A DNA stretch of 64,000 bases. Origin: a virus (lineage: Duplodnaviria > Caudoviricetes). Shown here piece by piece: positions 8,401-18,415 of this stretch. A program made the position numbers and the translations under genes. The first letter of the stretch is position 1, and each line of letters opens with the position of its first letter. The stretch covers positions 4,730-68,729 of IMG/VR virus record IMGVR_UViG_2897748404_000006. One strand, 5' to 3'. Under the pieces are notes generated by a model that saw only the letters and a list, made by a program, of their open reading frames with translations, searched no databases and was not told where the DNA came from.

Positions 8401-11400
8401 TTTAAAGATTCTTGACGTATAACTTTAAACGGGTCTAAGAGTTGCTTTTGAATATCAATTGCGGCTTTTTGATCTTTTGCATCAAGATTTTTGTAGTAGT
8501 CAGTGCTTTTGATGTAGTTCACACCCGCACTAACAATGTCCGCAGAAGTTTTGGCGGTCTTTACTGCGGCTTGCATTGCTAAGATTGTTCCTTTAGCTAA
8601 AGGAACGAACATATTCATTCCTAAGTTTTCTTTTCCGAACTTATCTACATTCTTGTACATTTCGGCAAGGAAAGCGTCTACTTGATTTAATTTAAAGGCT
8701 TCGGCAAGGTCTACGGCTTCGGTTGCCTGTGGTTTGGCTTGGTTAGCCTTTGACGTTTTTGAGTTAGCCTGTTTTTTACCTTGGTTAGCCTGTTCCGTTT
8801 TTTTGGCAGCCTGTGGTTTGGCTTCGCTTATTTTTGGTTGGCTTTGGCTTGCTTCTGATTGGCTAGGTCTAGCACCTTCTTTTTGAACTGCGGGTCTTGA
8901 TCCATCTGGCGCAATAGTTCCGCTTTTGCTCCCAACTCCTGTAGGGGCGTTTCCAGTTGTTTCGGCTGCGTTTGCTTGTTCTCTTTCATTTAGCAAAGAT
9001 AGTATTTCATTTGTATCTAAATAATCTATAACAGAAGCGTTTTCATTTTTAGCAATTTGCTGTTCTAATGCTTTCTGTATGTATTTATCGGTTGCGGGTA
9101 GTCCTGTAAGGTTTGTAAAGGCTTGTTTTAATGGATCAACTTTTTCCTTTCTTACATTGGTATATACTTCTTGCGCACCGTTAGGGTTATTAACAATAAA
9201 GTCAACAATATCCTGTTCGGTGATCTCTGTCCCGCTATCTTCGCTCATTTCTTGCGCCAAGTCGTCAAGCTGTCTGCCCTCTGTATCGCTCAAGTAACTT
9301 TTACCGATACTACGGGTACGTAGGTTCTTATCTCCAAAGTTGTTAAAACTTTTTCCTGACACTTTACTAATATTTTCAGCAATGATCCGGTCTTTGTTTC
9401 CTACGTTTTCCTCTAAAAAGGCTCTATTATTTACCTGCTGCAAAACACTTGCTATCTCTGCGGGATTCTTAGAGTTTTCCGCAACGGAAATAGAGTAATC
9501 TTGGTTTTGTGAAGGTGGCGCAATATCTCCCTGCGTATAATCCACAGTTTCCGCATACTTATCTCTAAGTTTACGGTGTGTTGGTCTGGAAACTGGTTTT
9601 CCGTTATTGTCGGTAAAACTTATTTCTGCGCCCTCTTCACGTTTAGGTGTGTATTTTTTAGCATTATTCGCCTCACTTAATACAATTTCTTTCGGGGGTT
9701 GTACTTCGGGCTGCGTTTGCTGCTGCTCTTGGACTTGGGTTTGCTCATTGGTCGGTGCTTTTGGCTCGACTGTCTGTTGATCTTGGACTGCTTCATCTGT
9801 CTTTGGTGTTACGGGTTCATTTAATATTTGTTCTTTTTTCTCTGACTTCTCAACGAATTCTTTGTTTTTACTGTCTAGAACAATCTCTTTTGTTTGTGGT
9901 GACATAGATTGATCTTCTTGAATTTCTTGTGCTGTCTGTGTTAATTCTCTAATCTGCTTATCGATATCTAAAACTTCCTGAATTTTTTCAGGGGTCATAG
10001 ATTCAACTTTATTTATTGCGGCATTTAATACCTCTACATTCCCCTTAGTTAAGGACTCTAGTTTTTTATCAATCTCTTTAACAGCCGTAGGGGATAAGTC
10101 TGGATTGCTATCTCTTTCCTTTTTTAGTTGCTCAATTTCTTTGATGTTATTATCCATCGTTTTTTTAGTGATAGCATTACCAAAGGTTTGTAATCCTTTA
10201 CCTACTGCCATAGGTGCGGCTGTCATTGCAACACCTCCAATAAAACCTCCACTTGCCATTGAATCGGTCACTCCGTCCCAAACACTTTTATCTGTTTGAT
10301 CTAAATAATGAATATCAATAAGGTTTTGAGCTAATTGGTTTGCCCCTTCTGAAAAACCCTCTTTTGCAAAATTATATCCTGTTTTAGTTACGAATTCTTT
10401 TGTGAATTGTTTAAATCCTTGCTGTGCAAACTCTTTTGATCCTTCACCTAGAATACTTTTAAACATTCTTTTTCCTATCCCAAAGGTAATACGCTCACTA
10501 GCGGCTTCAATTCCTCCAAAAGCCAAGGCTGCGGCATTTAATTGAAACTTAGAATAATTAGTTTCCCCTGTTTTATTAGAGTCCATTAATTCCCCTCTTT
10601 TTTGCCCTGCGGCACTTGAGCCAACGGTAACTAATCCGGCTGTCCCGCCTGTAGCTCCAATAACGGCAATGTTAGGAAGTTGCGTTGCTAACTGCTGTAG
10701 TCCCCAGACTACGGCATCCCCTTTGTCTTCAATCTCTGAAACGCTTAATTGTGGTCTAATGGTCTGCTCAAAAAGTTTTTCTCCTTCTCGTAAGTCGTCT
10801 ACCATTTCCCTAGCTTCCTGAACAAGTTTTTCGTTTCTAAGTGGTTGTACGGCATCAGGAATTATGTCATCTAATAAAAATGCGGCTTCTCCTAATCCAC
10901 TTATCACTTTAGACATTCCAAGAGTTGCCATATCGGTTAAACTTTCAAGCATACCGTAGTTACGTTTTAGGTAACTAATCTCTTCCTGAAAAGAGCCTAA
11001 ATCGTCGCTGTTATTATCAAACTCAACTACATTGTTTTTTAGCTGTTTTACAATATCGTCATACTCCGTTTTTATCCCTTGCCAGTTGTCTAGCCATTCC
11101 TGGGGGACTTCTCCGTTTTCTGCTTTCCTTTTGTCGTATATCCCTTGATATTGCTGACCTTTTTGAATTAAGCTTTTTGCTTTTTCCCCTAAGATTTTGT
11201 TTTCTTTTACTAAATTTTGATTTTCTACGTCTAAATTCACAAAGTTATCTACGGCAAAATTATTGAGTTTTAATTTTTGATCTTCTGGTAAATTTTCAAG
11301 GTATTCAACACGCATACGTTTTCTATCTTCTGGTGTTTCTCCTTTAGAAAATGAAGCGGTATATTGATCGTATAGATTTGCTACATCTTGATCTACAGGA

Positions 11401-11789
11401 ACGGTTTCACCTTTACGATTTAGTAATACGGTTGGTATCTCCGGCATTGCAAATTCTGGATCAGTTCCTTGTTGTTGTGTACCCGAAGAATCGGGTAGCA
11501 TAGGAGGTCTGAAATTCGAGTCCGAACTTTGATCTTGAGAAGTAGAAGGAGAGTCTTGTTTTGGCTCGTCTTTTTTTTTTAACATAAGATCATTAAACTC
11601 TTCTTGGCTCTTAGAGAAACTATCTCCTAATTCTCCCTTTAGGGCAGTATACACTTTATCAGAATAACCGTCTTGTGTATCTAAGGCGGTATTAAATTCT
11701 TGTTCGGATTTAGAAAAACTATCTCCTAACTCACCTTTTAAGGCGGTGTACACTTTTTTTCTATATTTTGGGTCTGTTGCTGCTTCCAT
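5466..11789 (-). CDS. Very large virion internal/ejection (cargo) protein, 2107 aa
   Basis: Last gene of the virion operon; helical and K/Q/E-rich, with a Gly/Ala hydrophobic segment and a duplicated N-terminal KVYTALKGELGDSFSKS motif. Confidence 0.7.
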   Translation of the reverse strand: MEAATDPKYRKKVYTALKGELGDSFSKSEQEFNTALDTQDGYSDKVYTALKGELGDSFSKSQEEFNDLMLKKKDEPKQDSPSTSQDQSSDSNFRPPMLPDSSGTQQQGTDPEFAMPEIPTVLLNRKGETVPVDQDVANLYDQYTASFSKGETPEDRKRMRVEYLENLPEDQKLKLNNFAVDNFVNLDVENQNLVKENKILGEKAKSLIQKGQQYQGIYDKRKAENGEVPQEWLDNWQGIKTEYDDIVKQLKNNVVEFDNNSDDLGSFQEEISYLKRNYGMLESLTDMATLGMSKVISGLGEAAFLLDDIIPDAVQPLRNEKLVQEAREMVDDLREGEKLFEQTIRPQLSVSEIEDKGDAVVWGLQQLATQLPNIAVIGATGGTAGLVTVGSSAAGQKRGELMDSNKTGETNYSKFQLNAAALAFGGIEAASERITFGIGKRMFKSILGEGSKEFAQQGFKQFTKEFVTKTGYNFAKEGFSEGANQLAQNLIDIHYLDQTDKSVWDGVTDSMASGGFIGGVAMTAAPMAVGKGLQTFGNAITKKTMDNNIKEIEQLKKERDSNPDLSPTAVKEIDKKLESLTKGNVEVLNAAINKVESMTPEKIQEVLDIDKQIRELTQTAQEIQEDQSMSPQTKEIVLDSKNKEFVEKSEKKEQILNEPVTPKTDEAVQDQQTVEPKAPTNEQTQVQEQQQTQPEVQPPKEIVLSEANNAKKYTPKREEGAEISFTDNNGKPVSRPTHRKLRDKYAETVDYTQGDIAPPSQNQDYSISVAENSKNPAEIASVLQQVNNRAFLEENVGNKDRIIAENISKVSGKSFNNFGDKNLRTRSIGKSYLSDTEGRQLDDLAQEMSEDSGTEITEQDIVDFIVNNPNGAQEVYTNVRKEKVDPLKQAFTNLTGLPATDKYIQKALEQQIAKNENASVIDYLDTNEILSLLNEREQANAAETTGNAPTGVGSKSGTIAPDGSRPAVQKEGARPSQSEASQSQPKISEAKPQAAKKTEQANQGKKQANSKTSKANQAKPQATEAVDLAEAFKLNQVDAFLAEMYKNVDKFGKENLGMNMFVPLAKGTILAMQAAVKTAKTSADIVSAGVNYIKSTDYYKNLDAKDQKAAIDIQKQLLDPFKVIRQESLKEGKAIGRKQGLAQGRKEKGRLKERFKTEKTDVLEAKKEALAHIKSVLDNQKIGVATKTNLTNLNSKLAKANTMAQVNKALLAIDSELSLLGHKAVAKDLKKMLKEPQTFLKTENKKLKAKKVSEDVRKRFGKILKNIQKTPDDILQDIRDAEANTTTENLDSSLDLITDLNTALQIVRGNDLNNLTKKTPKGTIDYIDTKLKATELLEDSYNNLQALLLEGKAKFNEKAKKDLAEKTKNREDTTQAILKDEALVDSQDVLTQRTNKRDYTKKGLSPTEKTDKFMSYMLNNVVGKTKGVFNKMEGFRGLMAQLDYSKDNKLKRLADLVQSARRSKDKMNQEVYKELLDGKKKVLGKNYKSISKKLNQRDKKNDLGIFKGSIKDRQGNTIQKSINLNDKTLGQFLQLYMYTKNPTTLEKLKNDNGFSDAAIEAVQGIINKNPEIQKYGDFLVEEFYPNMYKKVNPTYKKMFGVDMPITEMYSPTEVLENQTKEISVDDVDFTTASAMSPNVIARTNHRKPLGFESGAESVLYRYVNNMIQFTTFEPAVRQLSDVFKNEKVRRAVVQRQGKEFMKLVDQHIVDIANDGAKANDLLTAIINIKNKAVTASLALNLPSAMSQIASFPAYMTGAGFRAWTAGTFSSPIKNFKTYKDIMNTPFMKERLERGYNRDVTAQMARDYEQVLSKKSNLASKLMLLTRYGDAAGIILGGVGYVNAKTKQYSKKHSPKKAREMALRDFENFTDSTQQSSSIENLSAYQRNKAGNLFTTYMSSQIQYFQKIRDSVRNIQRGKATWEDGRNLIVYGVVLPALFPLVQGALDFEEDDIEEAIIKGNPLSATLWSMPIIAPMVQHAYNQYKEKPFEFSPLSFGSKINKVYSKGKKFYKTEDPEQLVDALGIGIEMLTGLPYSNVKKFTYLNYQYATGEKEMDDFRNWLMYSRYKTNGWLETTEDVEEKMEKVRAKESQKTRALTKAVKERREGN

Positions 11790-13288
11790 TAGATACCGTA
11801 ATCGTTGCCAGTTTCTTTTTTATTCTTTTTCGCTGATTTAGCTTGTTGTTCTTCTTTATTTTTTTCCACCAAATTCATCAATGTCCCGTCTAAGTCTTCA
11901 AGATCATCGTAATAACCCTCTGTTCCTTCTTTTCTCATTCGTCTTGAATAGTCACTAATTTCGTTTTTGTCACGAATAAGTCTTTCTCTTGTTTGTGGAA
12001 CTTCTAGTTTTTTACCTTTTTCATCAGCCAATATTTCTTCTTGGATGGTCATTTCTATATCACCATTAGGATCACGGGATATTTGTTTAACAATTGATTT
12101 TCCTTTACCTACTTCTTTAATGTCTATCGGGATATTTAAACTAAAGTTATAAACCCCCGGCTCTTGTCCTTCTGCCTGTTCTGCTCCGGGTGACTTCAAA
12201 GGGTTGCCTTTTTCATCGGTCTTTAATCTAATCTGACCTAAAGGCACTTTATCTTTATTCTCTTTGGCTTTATTGGCTCGTTTCTTTTCGTTTGCATTTA
12301 TCCGTCCTGTTAAGCCTCTTTGGTCTATTGTGTTTTCATCTCCCAAGTTTTTGGTGGCTTTTATCATTTCAGCATATTCATCCGTTAACATTTGTCTTTC
12401 TTCATCGTCAATAACTTCAACATCCTCTTCCGATAATCTAAGGTTTTGCCTAGCAAAAGAATACCCAAATTGAGATAAGCCCCCTGCTTCCTCACCAAAG
12501 AGTTGACTAGCCGCATAATCTTTTAGTCTATCGTCGCTAATGTCTCTATCTTTACTTGTTCTAAAACCTGTTTGAGAAACATTTTCCTGTACTGCAAAGT
12601 TTTTTGCGTCTTCTGTTAATTTTTCAGCTAAATTAAAGGCTCTATGTGGGGTCGGTCTTTTCTTTCCACTCATCCAATCAGAATAACTAATATATTCAGG
12701 AATACCGTCACTTTCTGCGTTTTTAAAAGCAAGTACTAACTCCCCTGTATCATCTATAGTCATATCTACCTCTTTGTTTTCCGAGAACATAGTTTGCAGC
12801 TTGTTACTAAAATTTTCATCCTTGATAATCTTTCCGTTGGCAACCCCTGTATTGTAAGCGGTTATTTCTTTAGTAACATTGTCAGAAAAACTATGCATCA
12901 TTTCAGGTAATTTTGCTAATTGATCTAATTTTAACTGTAGGTTTCTTCTCTCTTCTGGGTTTAAATTTGGATCATCTAATTTTACTGCGGTTTCTCCTAA
13001 GACTTGCTTTGCTCTGGAAAGGGCATTAAAGTTTATTTCGTTAAGGCTTTTAGATTTGGTGTCCCACATCTTTAAACCTCCCTCGATCTTTGCTAGTTTA
13101 GCCTCTTTTGCTTTTGCTTCGGCTCTTTTTTCTTGTCGTTTTTTTTCGTCTAAAGCTGCTTTTCGCCCTTCTCTTGCGTCATTTCTACGTGCGGCAATGC
13201 CTCCCCAATATTGGGCTGCCTGACTAATGCCATCATCTAATCTTCTTAATCTTTGATATGCTGCGCCTCCACCTCCTGCTTTTGCCAT
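11789..13288 (-). CDS. Putative virion ejection/internal protein (499 aa)
   Basis: Synteny between the small and large ejection proteins. Confidence 0.6.
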   Translation of the reverse strand: MAKAGGGGAAYQRLRRLDDGISQAAQYWGGIAARRNDAREGRKAALDEKKRQEKRAEAKAKEAKLAKIEGGLKMWDTKSKSLNEINFNALSRAKQVLGETAVKLDDPNLNPEERRNLQLKLDQLAKLPEMMHSFSDNVTKEITAYNTGVANGKIIKDENFSNKLQTMFSENKEVDMTIDDTGELVLAFKNAESDGIPEYISYSDWMSGKKRPTPHRAFNLAEKLTEDAKNFAVQENVSQTGFRTSKDRDISDDRLKDYAASQLFGEEAGGLSQFGYSFARQNLRLSEEDVEVIDDEERQMLTDEYAEMIKATKNLGDENTIDQRGLTGRINANEKKRANKAKENKDKVPLGQIRLKTDEKGNPLKSPGAEQAEGQEPGVYNFSLNIPIDIKEVGKGKSIVKQISRDPNGDIEMTIQEEILADEKGKKLEVPQTRERLIRDKNEISDYSRRMRKEGTEGYYDDLEDLDGTLMNLVEKNKEEQQAKSAKKNKKETGNDYGI

Positions 13289-13306
13289 TTTTCTTGTTTT
13301 TTTATA

Positions 13307-13963
13307 TTACCCCCATCTAGAATTACTATATCTATTTCCTGACATAACACTACCCATTCCTGCGGCACTATTATATTGTGAACCACCACCACCGCCCATC
13401 ATGCCGCCGCCACCGCCGCCCATCATGCCGCCTAACATACCACCGCCCATAAACGAAGACATAAGGCTCATGCCGTGTTCTGATTGTTGGTTTCCTATGT
13501 TCATAAGATCAGCATAAGATTGATATCTCATAGACCTTCCTACATCTAACATCTGACCGTAACCTTGCAACTCTTCTGCTTGTCTTTTTTCCTGCATCCC
13601 TCGTATTCTGGTTTGATCTTGTGCGGCTGAAAAGTTGATTGCCTTTTGTTGCTCGTCTAAGTTCGCACCGATTTGACGGTTCATTGTTGTGCTGTTTTGG
13701 GTTAAGCCTCCAATGCCTCCTAAAACACCTCTTGCTCCAGAGCCGCCTAACATATTCATTGCCTGTGCATTAAATCGGGCGTTTTCTTCTCTTTGTAAAT
13801 CTGCCGATCTGGTACTTACTTGCAAGTCATTAAAAGGGTTGTTGAGTTCTTGCCACTCAAAATTATCAATGGCTGCCTGTGCTTCACCTTGCATCCTTTT
13901 TCCTTCTTTCCCTTTCTTAATTGCTCCAACCGCACCAACGGCATTTCCAACACTTGCTGCCAT
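13307..13963 (-). CDS. Gly/Met/Gln-rich small ejection (pilot) protein
   Basis: Gly-rich hydrophobic ends and Q-rich helical core, typical of podovirus DNA-transfer proteins. Confidence 0.65.
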   Translation of the reverse strand: MAASVGNAVGAVGAIKKGKEGKRMQGEAQAAIDNFEWQELNNPFNDLQVSTRSADLQREENARFNAQAMNMLGGSGARGVLGGIGGLTQNSTTMNRQIGANLDEQQKAINFSAAQDQTRIRGMQEKRQAEELQGYGQMLDVGRSMRYQSYADLMNIGNQQSEHGMSLMSSFMGGGMLGGMMGGGGGGMMGGGGGSQYNSAAGMGSVMSGNRYSNSRWG

Positions 13964-13965
13964 AA

Positions 13966-14358
13966 CTATAAGTTTAAAAAATAATAATTCGTTTTTTCTA
14001 AAAATTCAAACCCCGATTTCTCTAAACTTTTCATTAATCCAGAGATATTACAGGTAATTATGAACCGTTTATACCCTTGATATTTCATGCACGTTTTTAC
14101 TACGTCCATCAAATACGGAATAACCGTTAATCGATCTTTTCTGGATGCCTCTGGATTGATTGTTATAAATCCGAGGTAACAAAAATCTGCATCTGAAACA
14201 AATACAGGAATTGCTAATACATCTTTATTATCATCATATGCTATAAAAATTCTACTAGGTAGAGCCGAAGAGGGTAATACAGGGAAATTGTGCGCTTTCC
14301 ACCATTTCACTAATTCTACATAATAGGTGTCCCTTGTCTCTAATCTCCATTTATACAT
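13966..14358 (-). CDS. GNAT-like acetyltransferase-fold protein in the virion operon
   Basis: 130 aa ending ...LMKSLEKSGF; sits between tail and ejection genes like T7 gp13-type proteins. Confidence 0.5.
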   Translation of the reverse strand: MYKWRLETRDTYYVELVKWWKAHNFPVLPSSALPSRIFIAYDDNKDVLAIPVFVSDADFCYLGFITINPEASRKDRLTVIPYLMDVVKTCMKYQGYKRFIITCNISGLMKSLEKSGFEFLEKTNYYFLNL

Positions 14359-17300
14359 ATGATTTTACTGTGTTTGTAGAAACGGCAAATAATTCAGCCA
14401 TTTCTGTATCTGTATTTTCTAATTCTACCTCTAAATAATACCCCCGCATTGATCCTGACTCTACACGGCTATTTTTAGTAGCAAAACAATATAATCCTAC
14501 ACTTAAAAGCGCAATAGAAGGGGCTGCAAGACCAATAATATTATCAGAAATGCTTAACACCTCTCCAACCAATGCGTTTACGCCCCCAACTATTGCGTAT
14601 AAATTATCCCCAACGCTTACATACGATGGTATCTCATTAAATTCTATTTCTTGATTGCTAATTAAATTAGCAATGTTTCCGATTCCATTAGCGGATAATC
14701 CGGTAAAGTCTTCTACATCTTCATTTCTACGGGTATACGCATAATATCTACTCTCTCTTTTAAAATACTCGTCAACTGTTATCGTGCTTTGGGTGTAGTT
14801 GGTTTTTAATGTTGCAGACCACGGACTGTTTGACTGTGTAACCAGTGTTTTAAATATCTTGTCGTCTGCTGCTGCTTCATTAAAAATGAGCGAAACTTTA
14901 GAGGTGTATTGTGTTCCGTAAAAATTGTTTCGCGGTACGCTTTCACTGTTATGGATATACAAATCTCCATTTTTAAAAGAGTACAAATGATTGTTCATAC
15001 TAATCATAAGTTCTGGCACAAAACTGTAAAAGCTCGTCCATCCTTTTTGTGCTTCACTAAACCCTATTGTCATGTATTCGTTTCCATCGGTAATAACCAA
15101 AAGATACTCGTCAAAATAAGGGTTATAAGCCGCTTGGTATATCTCATAAACATTGTTTCTAAATAAATCTTTAAAAAAATCATTAAGCCCGAAAACCGAA
15201 ATTTCATTAACCCCGTCAATACTTAATCTTAAAGGCGATCCTCTTTTAGAATCTACGCAATACACCCTATTGCCAAAAAAAGCAAAACTTTCAGGGTTTT
15301 TGGAGATGCCATACTCGCCTGTATAAGCAATGTACGCCCCAAAAACATTGTTAACAGAAATTAAATCAAAAGAACCGTCCTCTTTAAAAGTTGCGTCTTT
15401 TTGATACAGTAATTGCCCTAATTTATCCTCTTGCATAACCAGAATATTATCATCTCTAAAAAACAATTTCTGTATACTCCCGTATTTTTTTTCTAAATCA
15501 ATAAAGTTTACTAAAGAGAGGTTAAAAACGTTTAATTCGTTTTTAGTTGTAGAGTCACTAAAGACACCGCTATGAGTAATAGAAACAGGTCTGTATACTC
15601 TGGTGTATTCTATTGTAGAAACCGCACTAGGTCTACTATCAATCCCTAGTTTTTTCTGGTTAAATTCGTCTCTTATTTTATAACTTTCTACTCCGCTTCC
15701 TTGAATAAAAGCGTTAAAAAAAGTCAACTCTGATACCGCAGGCAAAGAAGAGGTTTGATTTCTTACATTTCCTTGGTGTCGATTGTTAATAATTTCAAAT
15801 GTATCTGGTGTTTCATAAAAAACAGGAGTCTCTATAATATCGGGTTCTGTTTCAAAAATAACCGATCCCTGTGCTAAAGAAATCTCTATCTGACAACTTA
15901 ATTTTGATCTTTCTGTGCTTGTCCCTGTCTCATTTCCCGTAACCCTCATTATTAAAGCGTTATTTGGGGAATCAATAGGTATTGGTGTACCAAAAATCAC
16001 CTGAAAATCAATATCTCTCAAAAATTCAAAAGAAAACAATGCCCCGTCTAAATCTCCAACTTCAGTATCAAACCATTCCTGAAAATTATCATATGTATTT
16101 TGTGCTATAAAATTCCTTTCGTACAATTCGTTATACCCGTCACTTTCATAGTTTCTAAATCTTAATAAAATACGTGATCCTGCGCCTATTTGGTAGTCCA
16201 CATATTTACTTGTAGCAGAATCAAAATACCCTACTAAAGTCCTTTGCGAAAACCCCATATAAACGGTAGGTCGACCTGAACTAACTTTCCTTCCTTGGTC
16301 GTATTGAAAGAATAAATTTTGATTATAATTTATATTAACATTTACAGGTTTTATTTTTGCATATAAGCCGGGTTCTTCTATAATAGCATTATCGTTTTCG
16401 TCTGTATTATCTGCAATAAAATCGGTTTCTTTTGTAACTAGCTCTATAATCCTAAACTTAGAAAGTTCATCAACAAAACCGTCAAGATCAGATTTAATAA
16501 TAAGTCGATCCCCTTCTTTTACTTTATTGACATTTGCCCCTTCTATCTTAAGCCATCTAAACAGACCTTCTTCATAAAACTTGTTTACGTAAACAACATC
16601 ATAATCAAAACTATTTTGTTTAATAACGAACTTATATTTTGTAGCCCAACTAGGCGGCTTATGATTTAGTGTAACTTCTATTTGGTTTTGTTTTTCTGCT
16701 AGACGGTGAGGAACGTAAACTGTATTTGTTTTAGAGGTTAGGGCTGTGGTTGACCTATTTGCATCGTCATAGTACACCACGGCAATTTCGTAGTCCCTAT
16801 TTGTCTTTACTGTTGGAGAAACTGTAGAAAGCCCATAGAACGCTCGGCTACTACTTTGAATAAAGTTCCAAAACGAATATACATCACTAAAATCACTATC
16901 GTTAGGATCAAGAGGGGTGTTATCTACCTCATATATAACATATGGGGCTATCACACTAAAGCCTGTAGTATCTACCTCTGTAATTACAAAATCAGAAATA
17001 CTTTTAACCGTGCTATTTGCAGGCGGGTCTTCATCTATGTAATTTAACCTAAACCTGTTCGTCCATATTGTTGTTATAAAGTTTGTAAACTCCACACTAT
17101 TTACAAGAGCAGGAATATTGGCGTAGTTTTTATTTAAAATGAACTGAAAGAAATCATCAAAACGGCTTGCAGCGTTTGTGTCTTCTTCGTTTTTAACCTC
17201 AAAAGCCAATACTCTTTTCTCTTTTAACTGAACCCCAACAAGGTTGTACCGTATTTTTGCGTTTTGAATAGTTGGACTTCCCCCAACTCCATATGTATGT

Positions 17301-18415
17301 GCTGAAGTAGAAACAGGTATAAGGTTGCCCGATAGGTCTTTTGACACTATATTAAGGCTGTAATCCATCTTTATTTTTTGACCTCCGCTATCGTTTAACT
17401 CGTACCCTTCGTAATAATTATAATACCCTATCCTGTTCCCTAGTAGTTCCTGTCCCATTGCTTCAACGGGAATATTATCAAATAATCGCCCAAGTTCTTG
17501 AGATGGAAGGGCGGCATAGGTCTTGTTATTTGCGAAAACAAAACTTTGCTCTGTATTATTTCCCCATCCCTCTAAAGCCTTGTCAAAAGACTCTATGATG
17601 TATACAGTATTACTCTCATCTTCTTTATACAAGATTTCAACACCAACAACTCTTTCACTTCCCGTATTAATGGTGATCTCAACCGCATTAAAAGCGTTTA
17701 ACATCCCTTCATTTTCTAAGGTGTCATAGTTTATTCTTGATCTACTAGGAAGAAAAGGGGTTTCGCTAAAGAATGAAATTGCAGAATACATTTCATCTAA
17801 GTATTTATAGCGATATGCGAATTTGAAAAATCGATCTTCAAAGTAATTTTCTTCTGACGTATCGGTAAAGGTTAAGGTTACTCTAGGCGCAAAACGTGGC
17901 GGTTTTTTAATCACTGAAATATCATCTTCAATAAAGCCGCTTCTACTATAACCTTTTGCTCTTTCTATATTTATCATTCTAGGGGGAAGACCTTCCTGAA
18001 CCCAAAACAAAAGATTTCCTATGTTTTCATCAGCAAAAACAATATCCATGTTGTTTATTCTTTTGCCGTTGTTAAACCTCAAAATGTTGTTGGGGGAGTC
18101 TTCTAAGACATACCGAGAACTATTGGTCTTTAAATCGTATTCTACAATCCCCTCAAGAGTGTCAGATACAACAACCCAATAGATTTTTTCATTTACATCA
18201 TCCTTAGTCCCGCCTATAGACCTACCGTTTACTAAATTCAAGTTAATGAGCTGGAGATTTCCTAAAACATTTTCTATTGCCCCAACGTCTGAACCTTCAG
18301 AATTACCAACACGTATATTGGTAGCTTTACGATATTGACCATTAGGCAATAAACGTTCGTCTACATCTTGGTTCATTTTACCCTGAACAAATACACGTTC
18401 TAGTCTCTGCATCAT
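14351..18415 (-). CDS. Tail stabilisation/nozzle protein (P22 gp10-like, crAss-type)
   Basis: N-terminal GKMNQDVDERLLPNGQYR..NIR...GAIEN and C-terminal GWTSFYSF, RNNFYG, MRGYYLEV motifs typical of Bacteroidota podoviruses. Confidence 0.8.
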   Translation of the reverse strand: MMQRLERVFVQGKMNQDVDERLLPNGQYRKATNIRVGNSEGSDVGAIENVLGNLQLINLNLVNGRSIGGTKDDVNEKIYWVVVSDTLEGIVEYDLKTNSSRYVLEDSPNNILRFNNGKRINNMDIVFADENIGNLLFWVQEGLPPRMINIERAKGYSRSGFIEDDISVIKKPPRFAPRVTLTFTDTSEENYFEDRFFKFAYRYKYLDEMYSAISFFSETPFLPSRSRINYDTLENEGMLNAFNAVEITINTGSERVVGVEILYKEDESNTVYIIESFDKALEGWGNNTEQSFVFANNKTYAALPSQELGRLFDNIPVEAMGQELLGNRIGYYNYYEGYELNDSGGQKIKMDYSLNIVSKDLSGNLIPVSTSAHTYGVGGSPTIQNAKIRYNLVGVQLKEKRVLAFEVKNEEDTNAASRFDDFFQFILNKNYANIPALVNSVEFTNFITTIWTNRFRLNYIDEDPPANSTVKSISDFVITEVDTTGFSVIAPYVIYEVDNTPLDPNDSDFSDVYSFWNFIQSSSRAFYGLSTVSPTVKTNRDYEIAVVYYDDANRSTTALTSKTNTVYVPHRLAEKQNQIEVTLNHKPPSWATKYKFVIKQNSFDYDVVYVNKFYEEGLFRWLKIEGANVNKVKEGDRLIIKSDLDGFVDELSKFRIIELVTKETDFIADNTDENDNAIIEEPGLYAKIKPVNVNINYNQNLFFQYDQGRKVSSGRPTVYMGFSQRTLVGYFDSATSKYVDYQIGAGSRILLRFRNYESDGYNELYERNFIAQNTYDNFQEWFDTEVGDLDGALFSFEFLRDIDFQVIFGTPIPIDSPNNALIMRVTGNETGTSTERSKLSCQIEISLAQGSVIFETEPDIIETPVFYETPDTFEIINNRHQGNVRNQTSSLPAVSELTFFNAFIQGSGVESYKIRDEFNQKKLGIDSRPSAVSTIEYTRVYRPVSITHSGVFSDSTTKNELNVFNLSLVNFIDLEKKYGSIQKLFFRDDNILVMQEDKLGQLLYQKDATFKEDGSFDLISVNNVFGAYIAYTGEYGISKNPESFAFFGNRVYCVDSKRGSPLRLSIDGVNEISVFGLNDFFKDLFRNNVYEIYQAAYNPYFDEYLLVITDGNEYMTIGFSEAQKGWTSFYSFVPELMISMNNHLYSFKNGDLYIHNSESVPRNNFYGTQYTSKVSLIFNEAAADDKIFKTLVTQSNSPWSATLKTNYTQSTITVDEYFKRESRYYAYTRRNEDVEDFTGLSANGIGNIANLISNQEIEFNEIPSYVSVGDNLYAIVGGVNALVGEVLSISDNIIGLAAPSIALLSVGLYCFATKNSRVESGSMRGYYLEVELENTDTEMAELFAVSTNTVKSYV

